Shown here: positions 1 to 11,700 of the stretch, piece after piece | Position numbering within the stretch: position 1 is the stretch's first letter | Layout: the number at the start of each line of letters is the position of its first letter | NCBI RefSeq assembly: GCF_964355755.1 | Contig: NC_092673.1 | Span: forward strand, 27,463,648-27,527,647 | Direction of reading: 5' to 3' | DNA from: Antedon mediterranea | Lineage: Eukaryota > Animalia > Echinodermata | Length of the DNA stretch: 64,000 nucleotides | The notes under the pieces: generated by a model | Database searches by the model: none | Told to the model about the DNA's origin: nothing | What the model saw: the letters and a program-made list of their open reading frames with translations, nothing else | Made by a program: the position numbers and the translations under genes

Positions 1-708
1 ATACTGAATTCATTATCACAGTTAGTCTTATCTTAAACTAGTTTGACAAAAAAGTGTGATGTATATATGTTAGTGATATGACATCACCAGCATGTCCATA
101 TTTGGCCACATCACATAAAGTTTGATAGTGAAGACAGACCTTTACTAATCTACAACTTGACCTGTATCATTTATGAATAGTTTGTATAACTCCAGCTATT
201 TGAGCACTTGTGGAAGAGAGTACTCGTAATTACTGAATGAGTTTCTTCGTAATTAATTTTTTTGCATAATTTATAGGGGTCAAAGTTGGTCAAGTGCAGA
301 TAATCTAGGGTCTGATAAACATTCAAGAGATATTGAGTTTCTTGACAGCTACGCAAAAGAAAGATGGGAGGTGCGTATAAAAGCATTTTGTATTTAAAAG
401 AAGTTTAAAGATGTATTGTCCTCTAAAACATGAAAAAACCTTTGAATAGGCCATTTTGTAATAAAATTATTCACTTCCGTGGAAAGAAAAAAAAATAACC
501 TAAAAAAAAATAATGTTTTCACTTAAAAAAGACAAAAGAAACTGTTAAATTCAACCAAAACCTGTTGACTTCCAGTCAATGTGACTGTTTTTTGTGTTTG
601 GACTCCAGTAATAGTATTTCAATTTTGTCATCACCCTTAACTCTTTTTTTGCCAGTTATTATGATTTTAATCAAATAATATTAATGTGATTATCAATACT
701 CTTTTCAG

Positions 709-3700
709 TGTATACTTCATTTTCTGGTAGACTCTAGAGGCGTGGATGGGCTAAGTAAAGATATTGCTACAGTGGTTACCAGTTCAGGCCTAATGAAAAT
801 GTGAGCTTCAAAGCTTAGTAGTAGTAGCTATAACTTTGTTGCACACTGAGTTAGTGTGTATGGTTTTGTACTAAAGGTCTCTACCTTCAAATATCAGAAA
901 CAGGCTTAGATCATTTTTTTTTTTTTTTTTCATTTCTTTATTCGAATTCATAAAATAACACAACATAAAAAAAAAATACAAAGAATGACTTCAGGGTAAC
1001 ACAAAAAAGTAACCAAAGGTCAAACTTATTTCCATTGTGGCCCTTAAGGATAAAAACACCATAAGAATAAACATTTACAATAAACAATAACACATCGTAT
1101 CATCGATCGTATATAACCTGGTCATAAAGTACTGCATTACTTCTAATTATATATAATATATAGAAAAATATTTGATAAATACTAGACAAATAAGTATATG
1201 TTTTATTGGTGTTATTTATTACACAGAATATCTTACAATTTCTGGAATTTCAACTTAAATTTTCTATTTCAATTTGCAGGCATGAGAATAAAGCACGTCC
1301 GGTCATCACACCAGCAGGCTTCCAATTCCTGCTTTTAGACACGCCTTCACAGGTGTGGCACTTTATGTTACAGTATTTAGAAACGGCAAAGGTAAACAAA
1401 TGGCGTTAATGTCCATATTCAATTCATTCATTAACTAGTATTGTGTCATAACTGGTTTTGTTATTTATGGAGAGAGCTCAAGAAGGTTCTAGATTGTAGA
1501 TATTTGGGAGAGTCAGTGGCGTAACAGCTATGAGCATTCACTGGTTAAACCCTTGGGCCCCAAAGCTTAAGGGGCCACAAAGCATGAGCAGCCCAAAGCA
1601 ACTCCCCACCATTGGAGAGCCCCTTAGGAGTACTAAAAGAGTTGACAGTATTTGTGAAATGGAAGTCAGTTTGGTACTCCTGTCATTTGAAAATCCACTG
1701 ACCACTTGGCTTGACCTCTGGGTGAGACAATAAAATCCATCGTTCTCTCTTCAGTGGTAGCTCTACCAGAATGTGCTTCCATCAGATATGGATGACTGTT
1801 TTAAAGATTTGTGATATTATTTGTTTGTTTTTTTCCACAGAAACGAGGTTTAGATATCGTGACAGCTCTGTCATTTCTGTTTCAACTCAGCTTCTCCAAA
1901 TTAGGAAAGGTTAGAAAGAACAATTCCGTTACAATTCTAAAGCTCTGTCTACACTATCAAACTAGTTTGACAAAAAATGATGTGCCCAAATATGGTAGTG
2001 ATATACTTAAATATGGTAGTGATATGACATCATCATGTCCATATATGGGCACATCACATAAGTTATGAGAGCTCACTGGCTAAAACAAGGGGCGCCAGAG
2101 CTAAAAGGGCCCCCAGAGCATAAATAGTCGAAATGCAACTACCTATCAAACATAAAGTTTGTTAGTAAGTGTAGAGAGCTTTAATTCAGACTTTAAGTGT
2201 GGGAAATCAAGTGGCACAGAACTTGGGGTTAGTTTCTTTCATTTTGATAGCAAGCCTCTAAAAATGTGTATAAGGTATTGGTTTTGTATGATGTGTACAG
2301 TACATGTAGGCTTACAGTACTACTGTAAATGTCCACTGTCATCCACCCTCCACTCAACATTCAAGTTGTGTCATCTATTACAGGGATCCACTACAGAAAA
2401 CAATGGTCTCTGAAAAGTGTTTTTTTTTTCTTGTAGGACTATTCAACAGATGGTATGTCAGAGGCTCAACTACAACTATTACAGCATCTTAGGGAGCTAG
2501 GATTAGTATTCCAAAGAAAGGTAATTCTACATCATTCATTAGGAGCTTGGTGGTTTGACTACCGTTTCTTGGTTTCTGGGATCAAATCCTGCCAAACTCA
2601 ACTTTGTGTTTGATCTGTGTAACAGATTGCCATTTTCCCAAAAGAGAGTGCCATTTAGTCTTAGCAATTCTTCACTGTGTGCATAAACAAATGAAATAAA
2701 TAATAGGTCTGTGCTGAGCGAATAAAGTATATGAGATTTTCGTTTGCAGATTTCATTGTCCAGTTGCCACAGGAAGAAAAATTAACAGGAAAATGGTAAT
2801 ACTGATGTTGATGATAATAGTAATGATAGAAAATGATTTTTTTATATTATTTTTTCAGCGAAGTTCTAAAAGATACTACCCTACACGTTTAGCAATCAAC
2901 ATGGCTTCAGGTAAGATAAACAGTTTCTGATGCACAGTATTAAAGGAACGTGTTACCATGTTGAAACAGCGATTCTCATCAGAAGTTAAGCAACGTTTTA
3001 CCCAGTTAGAGCTTAGATGGGAGACCATCTAGGAATATTGGGTGCTGTACAGTATATTGGGCTGCTGACTCTTATGGCATCTAGTGTATTGGCTTATGCC
3101 TCACCACTGGTCAAGGTGGGCACTGGATGAGAGAAGCCCTTGGTCAATGTTAGGACATCATTCAGATGAATGTAAAACTAATTCTCATTATCGTTCGTGA
3201 CAGACGTTAGGCCATCAACAAAAGTAAAAGGAAAGAAATACGCCACTGTTTATTTTTATTTCAATACTATTAAAGTGTTTATTATTCATGTAGGTCTTTC
3301 TAAGATGGGCACACAGAGTAGCAGTAAAAGTGATGGTTATATTATTATTGAAACCAACTATAGGATAAATGCTTATACCAATTCAGACCTTGAAATCAAA
3401 ATACTAGGCTTATTCTGTGAAATGTTGTATAGGTAAGGACAAAACAATATGGTAGTGTGATATGCCTAAATATGGTAGTGATATGCCTAAATATGGTAGT
3501 GATATGCCTAAATATGGTAGTGATATGCCTAAATATGGTAGTGATATGCCTAAATATGGTAGTGATATGACATCACGTCTATAGTGTAGACAGAGCTTAA
3601 GGTGTCAACAAAATTTGAAAGAACAACTTATATATTGATACTGTACTTGATGTGATACAAATAGTGAGTTTATCATATCTTGTTTTCAGGTTTCCAAATT

Positions 3701-5445
3701 TATCTGTAGCTCAACTAACAAGGTCAAGCGTTCAATGTGCAATAGACCATGGCATCACAGCAGAACAAATCTTGCACTATCTAAGGGCACATGCACACCC
3801 AGATATGCTAACTAAGGTAAGGCTATGTCATGTATGTCCCCACTTGCTGATCATTTCAAGCTATTCTACACTTTCCTTCTATGAGTGAGTGGCCGAGCGG
3901 TTAAGACAGTGGAACCGTAATCGATAGCCATAACATAGCCAAGGCTTTGAGGCTTACTCGTTCCATGGTTCTGGTGGTAGAACAAGTCTTCTCGGATAAG
4001 AACTATAAACCGTAGTCCAGTGTACACACCTAGAACCTAGTACATCTTTTGAGACGAGTAGGGGGTTACTCCAGTGTACAAGTGTACACACTGAACCACT
4101 GTCATGGACAGACGTAATGATGCAATATTTGACTGCCGGTGATCTGAACCTTAAGAATGTTGTTGAAAAGCTGTAACATCTAAGTCCACAGCACCTTTGA
4201 TCTTCATGAAAGAGAGAGCTATGTAAATTTCCCATTACATTTTCGATTTCAGTTTCTCCTTAGCTCACTGTACTGTCCCAAGCCTGTAGCCAGGATTTTA
4301 TAGGTAGTTCTTTTTTTTTTAACCAAAGAAGAAATATCATCATATACTGGGCCGGTTAAAAGCCTATTGATCATCATGCAGTGCAAGTAATGTGACCAAT
4401 CACAAGCAATGGATTATTCGAACAGTCGTTGCGTCCTAGTGGGAACCATAACTAAGCTTTAGGGGCGATGAGGATGAGCAGGCTAATGCAATTATCCAAC
4501 GTTGGAGGCCCCTTAGGAGTGCTAAACCAGCGGCCTCTGCACCCTCTGTTACGCTACTGTTGTTACTACAGTACTGTCAATCTTTATTTTTGTAGACTCC
4601 TGTAATACCGTCTGTAATAAGTGACCAAATTAGGTTATGGGAGCTGGAACGTGATCGCATTCATTATTCCGATGGTAAGATTAAGATTTTGTTTGTAACC
4701 GAAAATAAAATGGCTAATAATAGTTTGGTGTAATGTAAAGTATTAAAATCAACTATTGATATTATAATTCTGTATTTCAGGTGTTCTTTACAACCAATTT
4801 CTGTCTGTCAAAGACTTTGAACTTCTTAGGGACTATGCAAAGGTTTGTTCGATAAATTAACTTTTTAAATGTTAATGATGAGCCGTAAAAAATATGTTAA
4901 GTTACCATAGCCCGAGTAACCAAACATTTGATGAAATCTAGAATAGATATTGCATACATGCCTGAATTTTCTACAGCCCGCTAGTTATTTTATGTTAGAA
5001 TTTGGTCCAATAAGGTTTTTATTTAATCCAACCAACCTCATTTTCAATTGATCTTGTAATTGATGGAGTCTAGCACATTTATATACTCTAGGATAATATG
5101 TTTTTTAATTTATAAAACACAGTAGAACCCCTCCTTTGGGACACTCTATTAAAATGAATTATTATTATTTATTATTAAAATACTTGAAATGAACATGAGA
5201 CAATATATGTTTTAACACTAAAGGCCAATCTGTTTTCAGGGGGCTATTTTAAAGGGACATTTTTCTTTTTGCTGTTTAGGTTTTATGTACTTATTTGATT
5301 GTCTTCTTTTTATATTTTCTGTCTGAAGGATTTAGGTGTTCTAATTTATGACAATTCAGTTAAGAGAGTAATAATAGTCAAACAATCCGGTCACGACGAG
5401 GTCAAACGATTTTGGAAACGTCAACGGAACCAATCAAATAACTGA
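709..5445 (+). CDS. GTF2H4: General transcription factor IIH subunit 4 (p52/Tfb2), 3' portion; 5' exons lie upstream of the window
   Basis: GT-AG exons 709-800, 1280-1391, 1841-1909, 2437-2520, 2859-2910, 3294-3432, 3690-3816, 4596-4674, 4781-4842, 5329-5445 join in frame. Peptides [80 protein letters not shown] and [12 protein letters not shown] match p52 from recall. Stop TGA at 5443-5445. Confidence 0.95.
2954..3235 (+). mobile_element. 5S rRNA-headed SINE (SINE3-like) in a GTF2H4 intron
   Basis: 2954-3049 is a degenerate 5S sequence (GAAGTTAAGCA...GTTAGAGCTTAGATGGGAGACC...GGAATATTGGGTGCTGTA) followed by an unrelated body and an A-rich end. It is too diverged to be a functional 5S gene. 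Confidence 0.7.
3883..4240 (+). mobile_element. tRNA-derived SINE; related minus-strand copies at about 9040-9190, 28730-28830, 41390-41650, 51565-51710 and 54750-54965
   Basis: A-box TGGCCGAGCGGTTAAG at 3890. The shared core GTCTTCTCGGATAAGAACTATAAACC...AGTGTACAC...AGAACCTAGTACATCTTT is found reverse-complemented in the other copies. Confidence 0.75.
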
Positions 5446-7902
5446 TATATGGACAGCCAAACATGTATTTTGTTTTTGGATACATCAACAGGGGTGCAGG
5501 TCAACTCGGCCCTAAACCGTCTCGGCCAAAGTCAAGTCAGCCCCACGTCAAGTCGGCCCCAAGTCAAGTCGGCCTCAAGTCAACTCGGCCTCAAGTCAAT
5601 TCGGCCTCACGTCAACTCGGCCTCAAGTCAACTCGGCCTAAAGTCAACTCGGCCAAAAACTAATCCGTCAACTCGGCCTTTAAAAAGTATGGAACGCAAA
5701 AAGTGCTAATATAGTAGTTCATTTATTACAATGGCAGGACGGTTAGGCCTACATAATAGACAAAATAAAACGGAAATTTAAATGTAAATTATAACACACT
5801 GGCTGATCGTTTTTCGTTTAATTGATAGGTAATTTTTATTTATATTGTTGGTTGGTTTGTCTCAGTAAGAACCCTCAGTAATGTGTTTGTTAGATCTATT
5901 TTGAGGATGTTCCCAGAAATAATCGCAAATATTCTTAGAAGGCCTATATATTATATAGATATTATTAGATTAATACAGTAAAATAAAAATGTGTTTTTTT
6001 TGTATATATTCTCTCTCAAATTATTAGCAATATGTCACGGTCAAAGTGAATAACTATATGTGACATTAAAATGGTATATTACAGCAACAAAATCTTTTCA
6101 CACATTTATTTATGACACGATGTCAATCAAACTACCGAAGAGATTATGGAAACAAATTCGGAATGTTCTGTCATGTTAAATTTCTATTGCAATTGTGCGC
6201 TATTCAAATTGTTTTTATTACTTTTGTGATTTGATTATAATGGAGAATCCAATGAATACATTTATGGGAAATTAATCTAAAACACACTGAAGAAATCATC
6301 ATGAAAAAATGGCGTATTTTTATTTTGTCAAGCAAAAACTAAAACATATTGTTTGAGTCCAAAACAACGGAATTCCTAAACAACATAATATTGCCTTTGC
6401 ATTCTCATCTGTTTTTTAACACCCACCGCGCCCTGTATTGTTCAATAAAATTGATCACCTAAAGGGGCATTCCCACCGTCCGTACCTGTTCCGTTTCGCG
6501 GACGGCGCCGTTTTTTCAACGTGACGCGCGCCCGTTCACCGTTCCGTTTTAAACATTCACACCTGTTCCGTTTTGTGACGTGACGTTAAAATAGCAGCCG
6601 TTTCTGGATGATTATCGGATGATAGTGAGGAAGAAATTATTCTTTTTAGTTTAATTAAAGATGATATTACAAAACGGGACAAGATTCCTGATGATAGTAT
6701 AACAACACACACCATGATAAATTCCATGAATCCATAATTAAATACAATAAAATCACAATCACATCCCTATGGACTGTTATGGAAGCAAATTTCTCTCTTC
6801 CCATGGTGTACTGTATTAATTATGAATAATTATGAAGTACTAAACGAAATGAAAATAAAAATGTCATACAAAAAAAACCGTAAGGCCTATTTGAAAATAA
6901 TGCACATTCATGTCTAGGGTGTGTGTGCATGTAACCTATACCCATAATGCTTATGCAATTTGTTTTCTTGCCTTTTGATTTGTTTTGATTTTAATGTCAT
7001 TTTATTCTTTTTATATTGATGTATAGTTGTAGACCGAAGTATATTGTTTAAATATTATTTTTTTTAATGTCTTCTTCGACAGTTATTCCTGTATACAAAA
7101 TGTGAAGAAATATTTGTTTATTTCGAACAATATAAATAAATACTACCTATCAATTCATATTATATAATCATTTATATTGAATTTTCCGTTGTATTTCGTC
7201 TATTATGGCATAACCGTACTATATCCTGCCATTATAATATTAACTACTACTATATTAGCACTTTTTGCGTTTCATAGTTTTTAGAGGCCGAGTTGACGGA
7301 TTAGTTTTTGGCCGAGTTGACGTGATGCCGAGTTGACTTGAGGCCGAGTTGACGTGGGGCCGAGTTGATGTGGGGCCGAGGTGACGTGGGGCCGAGTTGA
7401 CTTCGGGCCGACTTGACGTGGGGCCGACTTGACTTTGGCCGAGACGGTTTAGGGCCGAGTTGGATCGAAACCATCAACAGCACCAATCAAATAATTGATA
7501 TATGGACAGCCAAACATGTATTATGTTTTTGGATACATCAACAGCACCAATCAAATAATTGATATATGGACAGCCAAACGTGTATTATATTTTTGGATAC
7601 ATCAACAGCACTAATCAAATAATTGATATATGGACAGCCAAACATATATTATGTTTTTGGATACATCAACAGCACCAATCAAATAATTGATATATGAACA
7701 GCCATACATGTATTATGTTTTTGGATACATCAACAGCACCAATCAAATAATTGATATATGAACAGCCATACATGTATTATGTTTTTGGATTTGTCAACGG
7801 AACTAATGAAAAAATTTATATATGGACAGCCAAATATGTATTACGTTTTTGGATATGTCAATGGAACCAATCAAATAACTGATATATGGACAGCCAGATA
7901 TG
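5420..7902 (+). repeat. 64-bp tandem array (about 7.7 units) derived from the GTF2H4 stop-codon region, interrupted by a transposon
   Basis: Unit (A/G)TCAAC(AGC/GGA)ACCAATCAAATAA(C/T)TGATATATGGACAGCCAAACATGTATTATGTTTTTGGATAC starts at 5420, 7473, 7537, 7601, 7665, 7729, 7793 and 7857. Confidence 0.9.
5492..7472. mobile_element. Non-autonomous foldback-type DNA transposon with about 360-bp TIRs containing GTCAACTCGGCC tandem repeats
   Basis: The left arm (5492-~5850) is the reverse complement of the right arm (~7126-7472). TSD ATCAACAG at 5484-5491 and 7473-7480 (9 bp CATCAACAG on an alternative boundary). No transposase ORF. The structure is like Phantom/MULE or Foldback elements (family is inference). 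Confidence 0.85.
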
Positions 7903-8481
7903 CTTTAAAAAAGTCACAAAGACGCTAACAAAAGATTATTCCGATAGAGACAGGTTACACAGAGTTTTTACAAGACCTGATTACATGATATTACCACCGA
8001 ATACTGTAATCTATGTGCTAAATTCCTAAAGCTTGGTTCCTACTAGCATACAATGACGTAAGTGCAAGCTAAGATCAATCATATGATCAGTAGGAAACCA
8101 AGCTTAATGATGAACTAAAGCTGTCTACACTATCAAACTAGTTTGACAAAAAATATGATATGCCCAAATTTGGTAGTGATATGACATCGTGTCAATATAT
8201 GGGCATATCACGTTTGACTGAGCTTAAGATTTGTTTTAGCCTGCAATGTACTACAATCTAATGCGAAACAAGAACATTGTTTGTCTTAATATTTATTATT
8301 TTACCAAAAACAACACAAATATTTGTTAATACAAACATAATTATACTGTAACATATTTTATTTTTCATTTAAGTGTTTTTCACATATTTACAGTAACAAT
8401 AAGATTGTTATGTTTATAACATTTTTATAATAAAATGGCTTCTAGTAATGTTTGAATCTTTTCATTTGGATATGAACACTT

Positions 8482-8604
8482 AGCTCTGTCTACACTATCA
8501 AACTTTATGTGACAAAAAAGTGTGATGTCATATCACTACCATATTTGGGCATATCACTTGCATATTTGGGCACATAACTAGTTTGATAGTGTAGACACAG
8601 AGCT
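8482..8604. mobile_element. High-copy MITE family A (TIR AGCTCTGTCTACACTATCAAACT), PIF/Harbinger-like; about 19 full or partial copies in the window
   Basis: Other copies lie near 35, 1940, 3445, 8118, 12870, 13410, 14107, 14527, 24423, 26765, 33780, 35354, 43605, 53547, 54204, 56600-56950, 58264 and 63590. They share the internal motif AAATATGGTAGTGATATG and mostly have TAA/TTA flanks. Confidence 0.85.
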
Positions 8605-8741
8605 TAATACAGAACAAATTCCACTAGCAGTATAAACAGCAATAGAACATGAAGTAATGGTCTCTCATGTGCTTTCCACTGTAGAATACTTTCTGACTCT
8701 GTATTTAAAAAAACCAAAATATTGCGTACTGTATTTCTCGG

Positions 8742-11700
8742 TCAAGAATTATTGTCATCGTCTATTAGTTGAATATTGTATTCATTTAGTAGTTCTTCAC
8801 TTATTAAAGCTGGGGCATTGCTCATAAGGTCATTGCCTTCTCCTGTCTTTGGAAATGCAATGACCTCTCGTATAGTAGACTCACCACATAGGATAGCCAT
8901 CAGCCGATCAAATCCTACAAGAAAAGAAGACTGTTACTTGAATACACAAAGAATATTTTTACACACGATTGTTAAAGAAACAACTTTTGTCTCCCCTAAG
9001 GGTCCCTTCGTGTTGTACAGCTGCCACTGCTGATATGGACCAATGCACTGGGGTCACCCCACTCTTCTGAAAGATGCACTGGGTTCTTTATAGTACACAC
9101 AATCTAAATGGGTAAACTAGAACTCAAATTTAAAGTCCTTATCTTGAGATTTACTTGTTCTACGCATTCCTTAACCATGTGGCCACTCGACTTGTAAATA
9201 TGTAAACATTTTCTCTGACTAACCAACAGCAATGCCTCCATGTGGAGGACAGCCAGATTGTAAGGCTTGCAGTAGGTGCTCCAACGAGCTCGCATCTTCT
9301 TTCAGGACATCTTCCAGCACGTATCGCTGTAGTTTTTCATCATGTATCCTCAACGAGCCACCAGCGATTTCAAACCCATTTAACACCAGATCGTAGTGTT
9401 GTCCACACACCTATGAATCAAACATGTGATACATTAATCATTGAAATGGTAGCAATCATGCATGACTATAGTAGAACCCTAGTGTCCCTTTAATAGAGGT
9501 GCCCCTGATTAGGGGTGTTCCCTGAATAATGGTGTCTACTGAATAGGGATGTCCCTGAGTAGGTGTGTCCCCTGATTAGGGGTGTTCCCTGAATAATGGT
9601 GTCTACTGAATAGGGATGTCCCTGATTAGGGGTGTTCCCTGAATAATGGTGTCTACTGAATAGGGATGTCCATGAGGTAGGTGTGTCCCCTGATTAGAGG
9701 TGTTCCCTGAATAATGGTGTCTACTGAATAGGGATGTCCCTGAGTAGGTGTGTCCCCTGAGGTAGGTGTGTCCCCTGATTAGGGGTGTTCCCTGAATAAT
9801 GGTGTCTACTGAATAGGGATGTCCCTGAGTAGGTGTGTCCCCTAAGTAGGTGTGTCCCCTGAGTAGGTGCGTCCCCTGAGTAGGTGCGTCCCCTGAGTAG
9901 GTGCGTCCCCCGAGTAGGTGCGTCCCCGAGTAGGTGTGTCCCCGAGTAGGTGTGTCCCCCGAGTAGGTGTGTCCCCCGAGTAGGTGTGTCCCCCGAGTAG
10001 GTGTGTCCCCTGAGTAGGTGTGTCCCCTGAGTAGGTGTGTCCCCTGAATAGGGGTGTCCCCTGAATAGGGGTATACCCCGAGTAGGTCTGTCCCCTGAGT
10101 AGGTCTGTCCCCTGAGTAGGTGTTTCCCCCGAGTAGTTGTGTCCCCTGAGTAGGTGTGTCCCCTGAATAGGGGTATCCCCTTATTAGTGATGTCCCAAAC
10201 CCCAAAAGAGTGGTTATATTCTTACCTTTTCTGGCTTTGTGTAGATCATGTCTTGGTGTTCAGCAATGGGTGCAGTAAAGGGGTGATGAGTCGTCTCTAA
10301 ACTAATATCACAGTCTTCTTTTGGCATGAACAAGGGGAAGTTGTTTACCCAAACAAAATTAAATGCATCAGGATCTTGTATCTTAATTCCTAAACAAAAC
10401 AAAAATTAAATGTGTTTGATGATAGATGTCGTAGTTAGAGTTAAAAAAAACAGTATCATTACTATTGTCATAAAGAAGATGGTTATTTAAGAAGAAAAAG
10501 GTATTTTTAAATGAGACTTATGTGATTAAAACTGAATAAAACTAGGCAAGAGTGTGTAAATCAAAATTGTATACCTTTTCCTTCTAGTAAAGATGCAACT
10601 AATTTCCGTAAATAACCAAGTAATGAACACTGGAAATAAAATTATAAACAATAAATTACTTCTATCATCTGTAACACATTCCACATTTTAAAAACTACAG
10701 TTTAACTATTGCTACTGCAAAATTGGAGTTGTAAATATTTTGCTTAATCTCACTTTGTTTTTTTCTTTTTCTGTCTCAAAATGTCTTTTTTGTTGTTAAT
10801 GTAATGCGTCCGTATATGTTTTATGTTTATGCTTAGGACTACAAAGACAAGCCACTTTGGCTTCTGTGTATCTTAACCCATAAACTATGTAAACTGTTGA
10901 ATATTGAATAAATGTATGAAGTACGATGTTGCATAAAAAAAAAAAAAACAAGACGAGTGCAACTTTCCCATGAAACAAAGTTTGATTATGGTCAACCTGT
11001 ATTCAGGGTTTAAAAGATATCCGCTTAATAGGGGTTCTACTGTAAAATATATGTGGTACTATTTCAAGGATTTGGTCTTAAATGTGGCAATCCTGTTCAC
11101 AAGACAAATATAAACAAACATCTTTGGGATTGGACACGGACAGGACATGAACCCATGACCCTTGGGGTGGTAGCTAAGCACCATACCACTCGAGTTGTGA
11201 TTTAAAGAGATAGTGATTTGAAGAGACTCACAATTGGGAATGTTCTTCCTCCGCCTAATATAATAATGTCACCAGGCTCTGCTTTCATCACTTCGCTTAG
11301 ATTCTTTTGCACATCATTTGGTAAATATTTTGAAATTTGAGATATAAATTGATTATTATCAATCATTTTCATGATGGTTATTTTATAATTAAACCGCCGT
11401 TTTGCTTCTTTTTCTAACAATTTCAACTCTCGATTGCTCAGATGGTTCTGTAATCAACAACAAAAAATGTTAAAAACAAATGTGGAGAATATTCAAAGAA
11501 TAAAACCATTCATTATTTGTTTTTTATTTATTATTTACTTTATAAATCAACTTTTATTGCATTAATCTGCTTCTTCTATCCTTAATTCAAGTGAAATATC
11601 AAATGAATATTCATAAGAAATACTTACCACACCCCCTTTTATGTTAATTGCCTTGTAAATAAAATCATCTTTATCCTCATCATTACTCGACTGGAAAATC

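Noticed and set aside
395-560. AT-rich block similar to 40525-40690 and 41050-41130
   Set aside because: Probably decayed ends of a TTAA-flanked DNA transposon. The boundaries cannot be defined, so it was not called as a feature.
2954-3049. 5S rRNA gene
   Set aside because: It has deletions and many substitutions, lacks a T-run terminator and continues into a SINE-like body.
3883-3965. tRNA gene
   Set aside because: An A-box is present but there is no intact B-box or cloverleaf, so it is a SINE head.
5449-5709. Short repetitive ORFs here and at 7301-7486, 38228-38459 and 39747-39998
   Set aside because: They are translations of foldback TIR tandem repeats.
9603-10205. 200-aa repetitive ORF on the minus strand
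   Set aside because: It is the translation of the intronic minisatellite.
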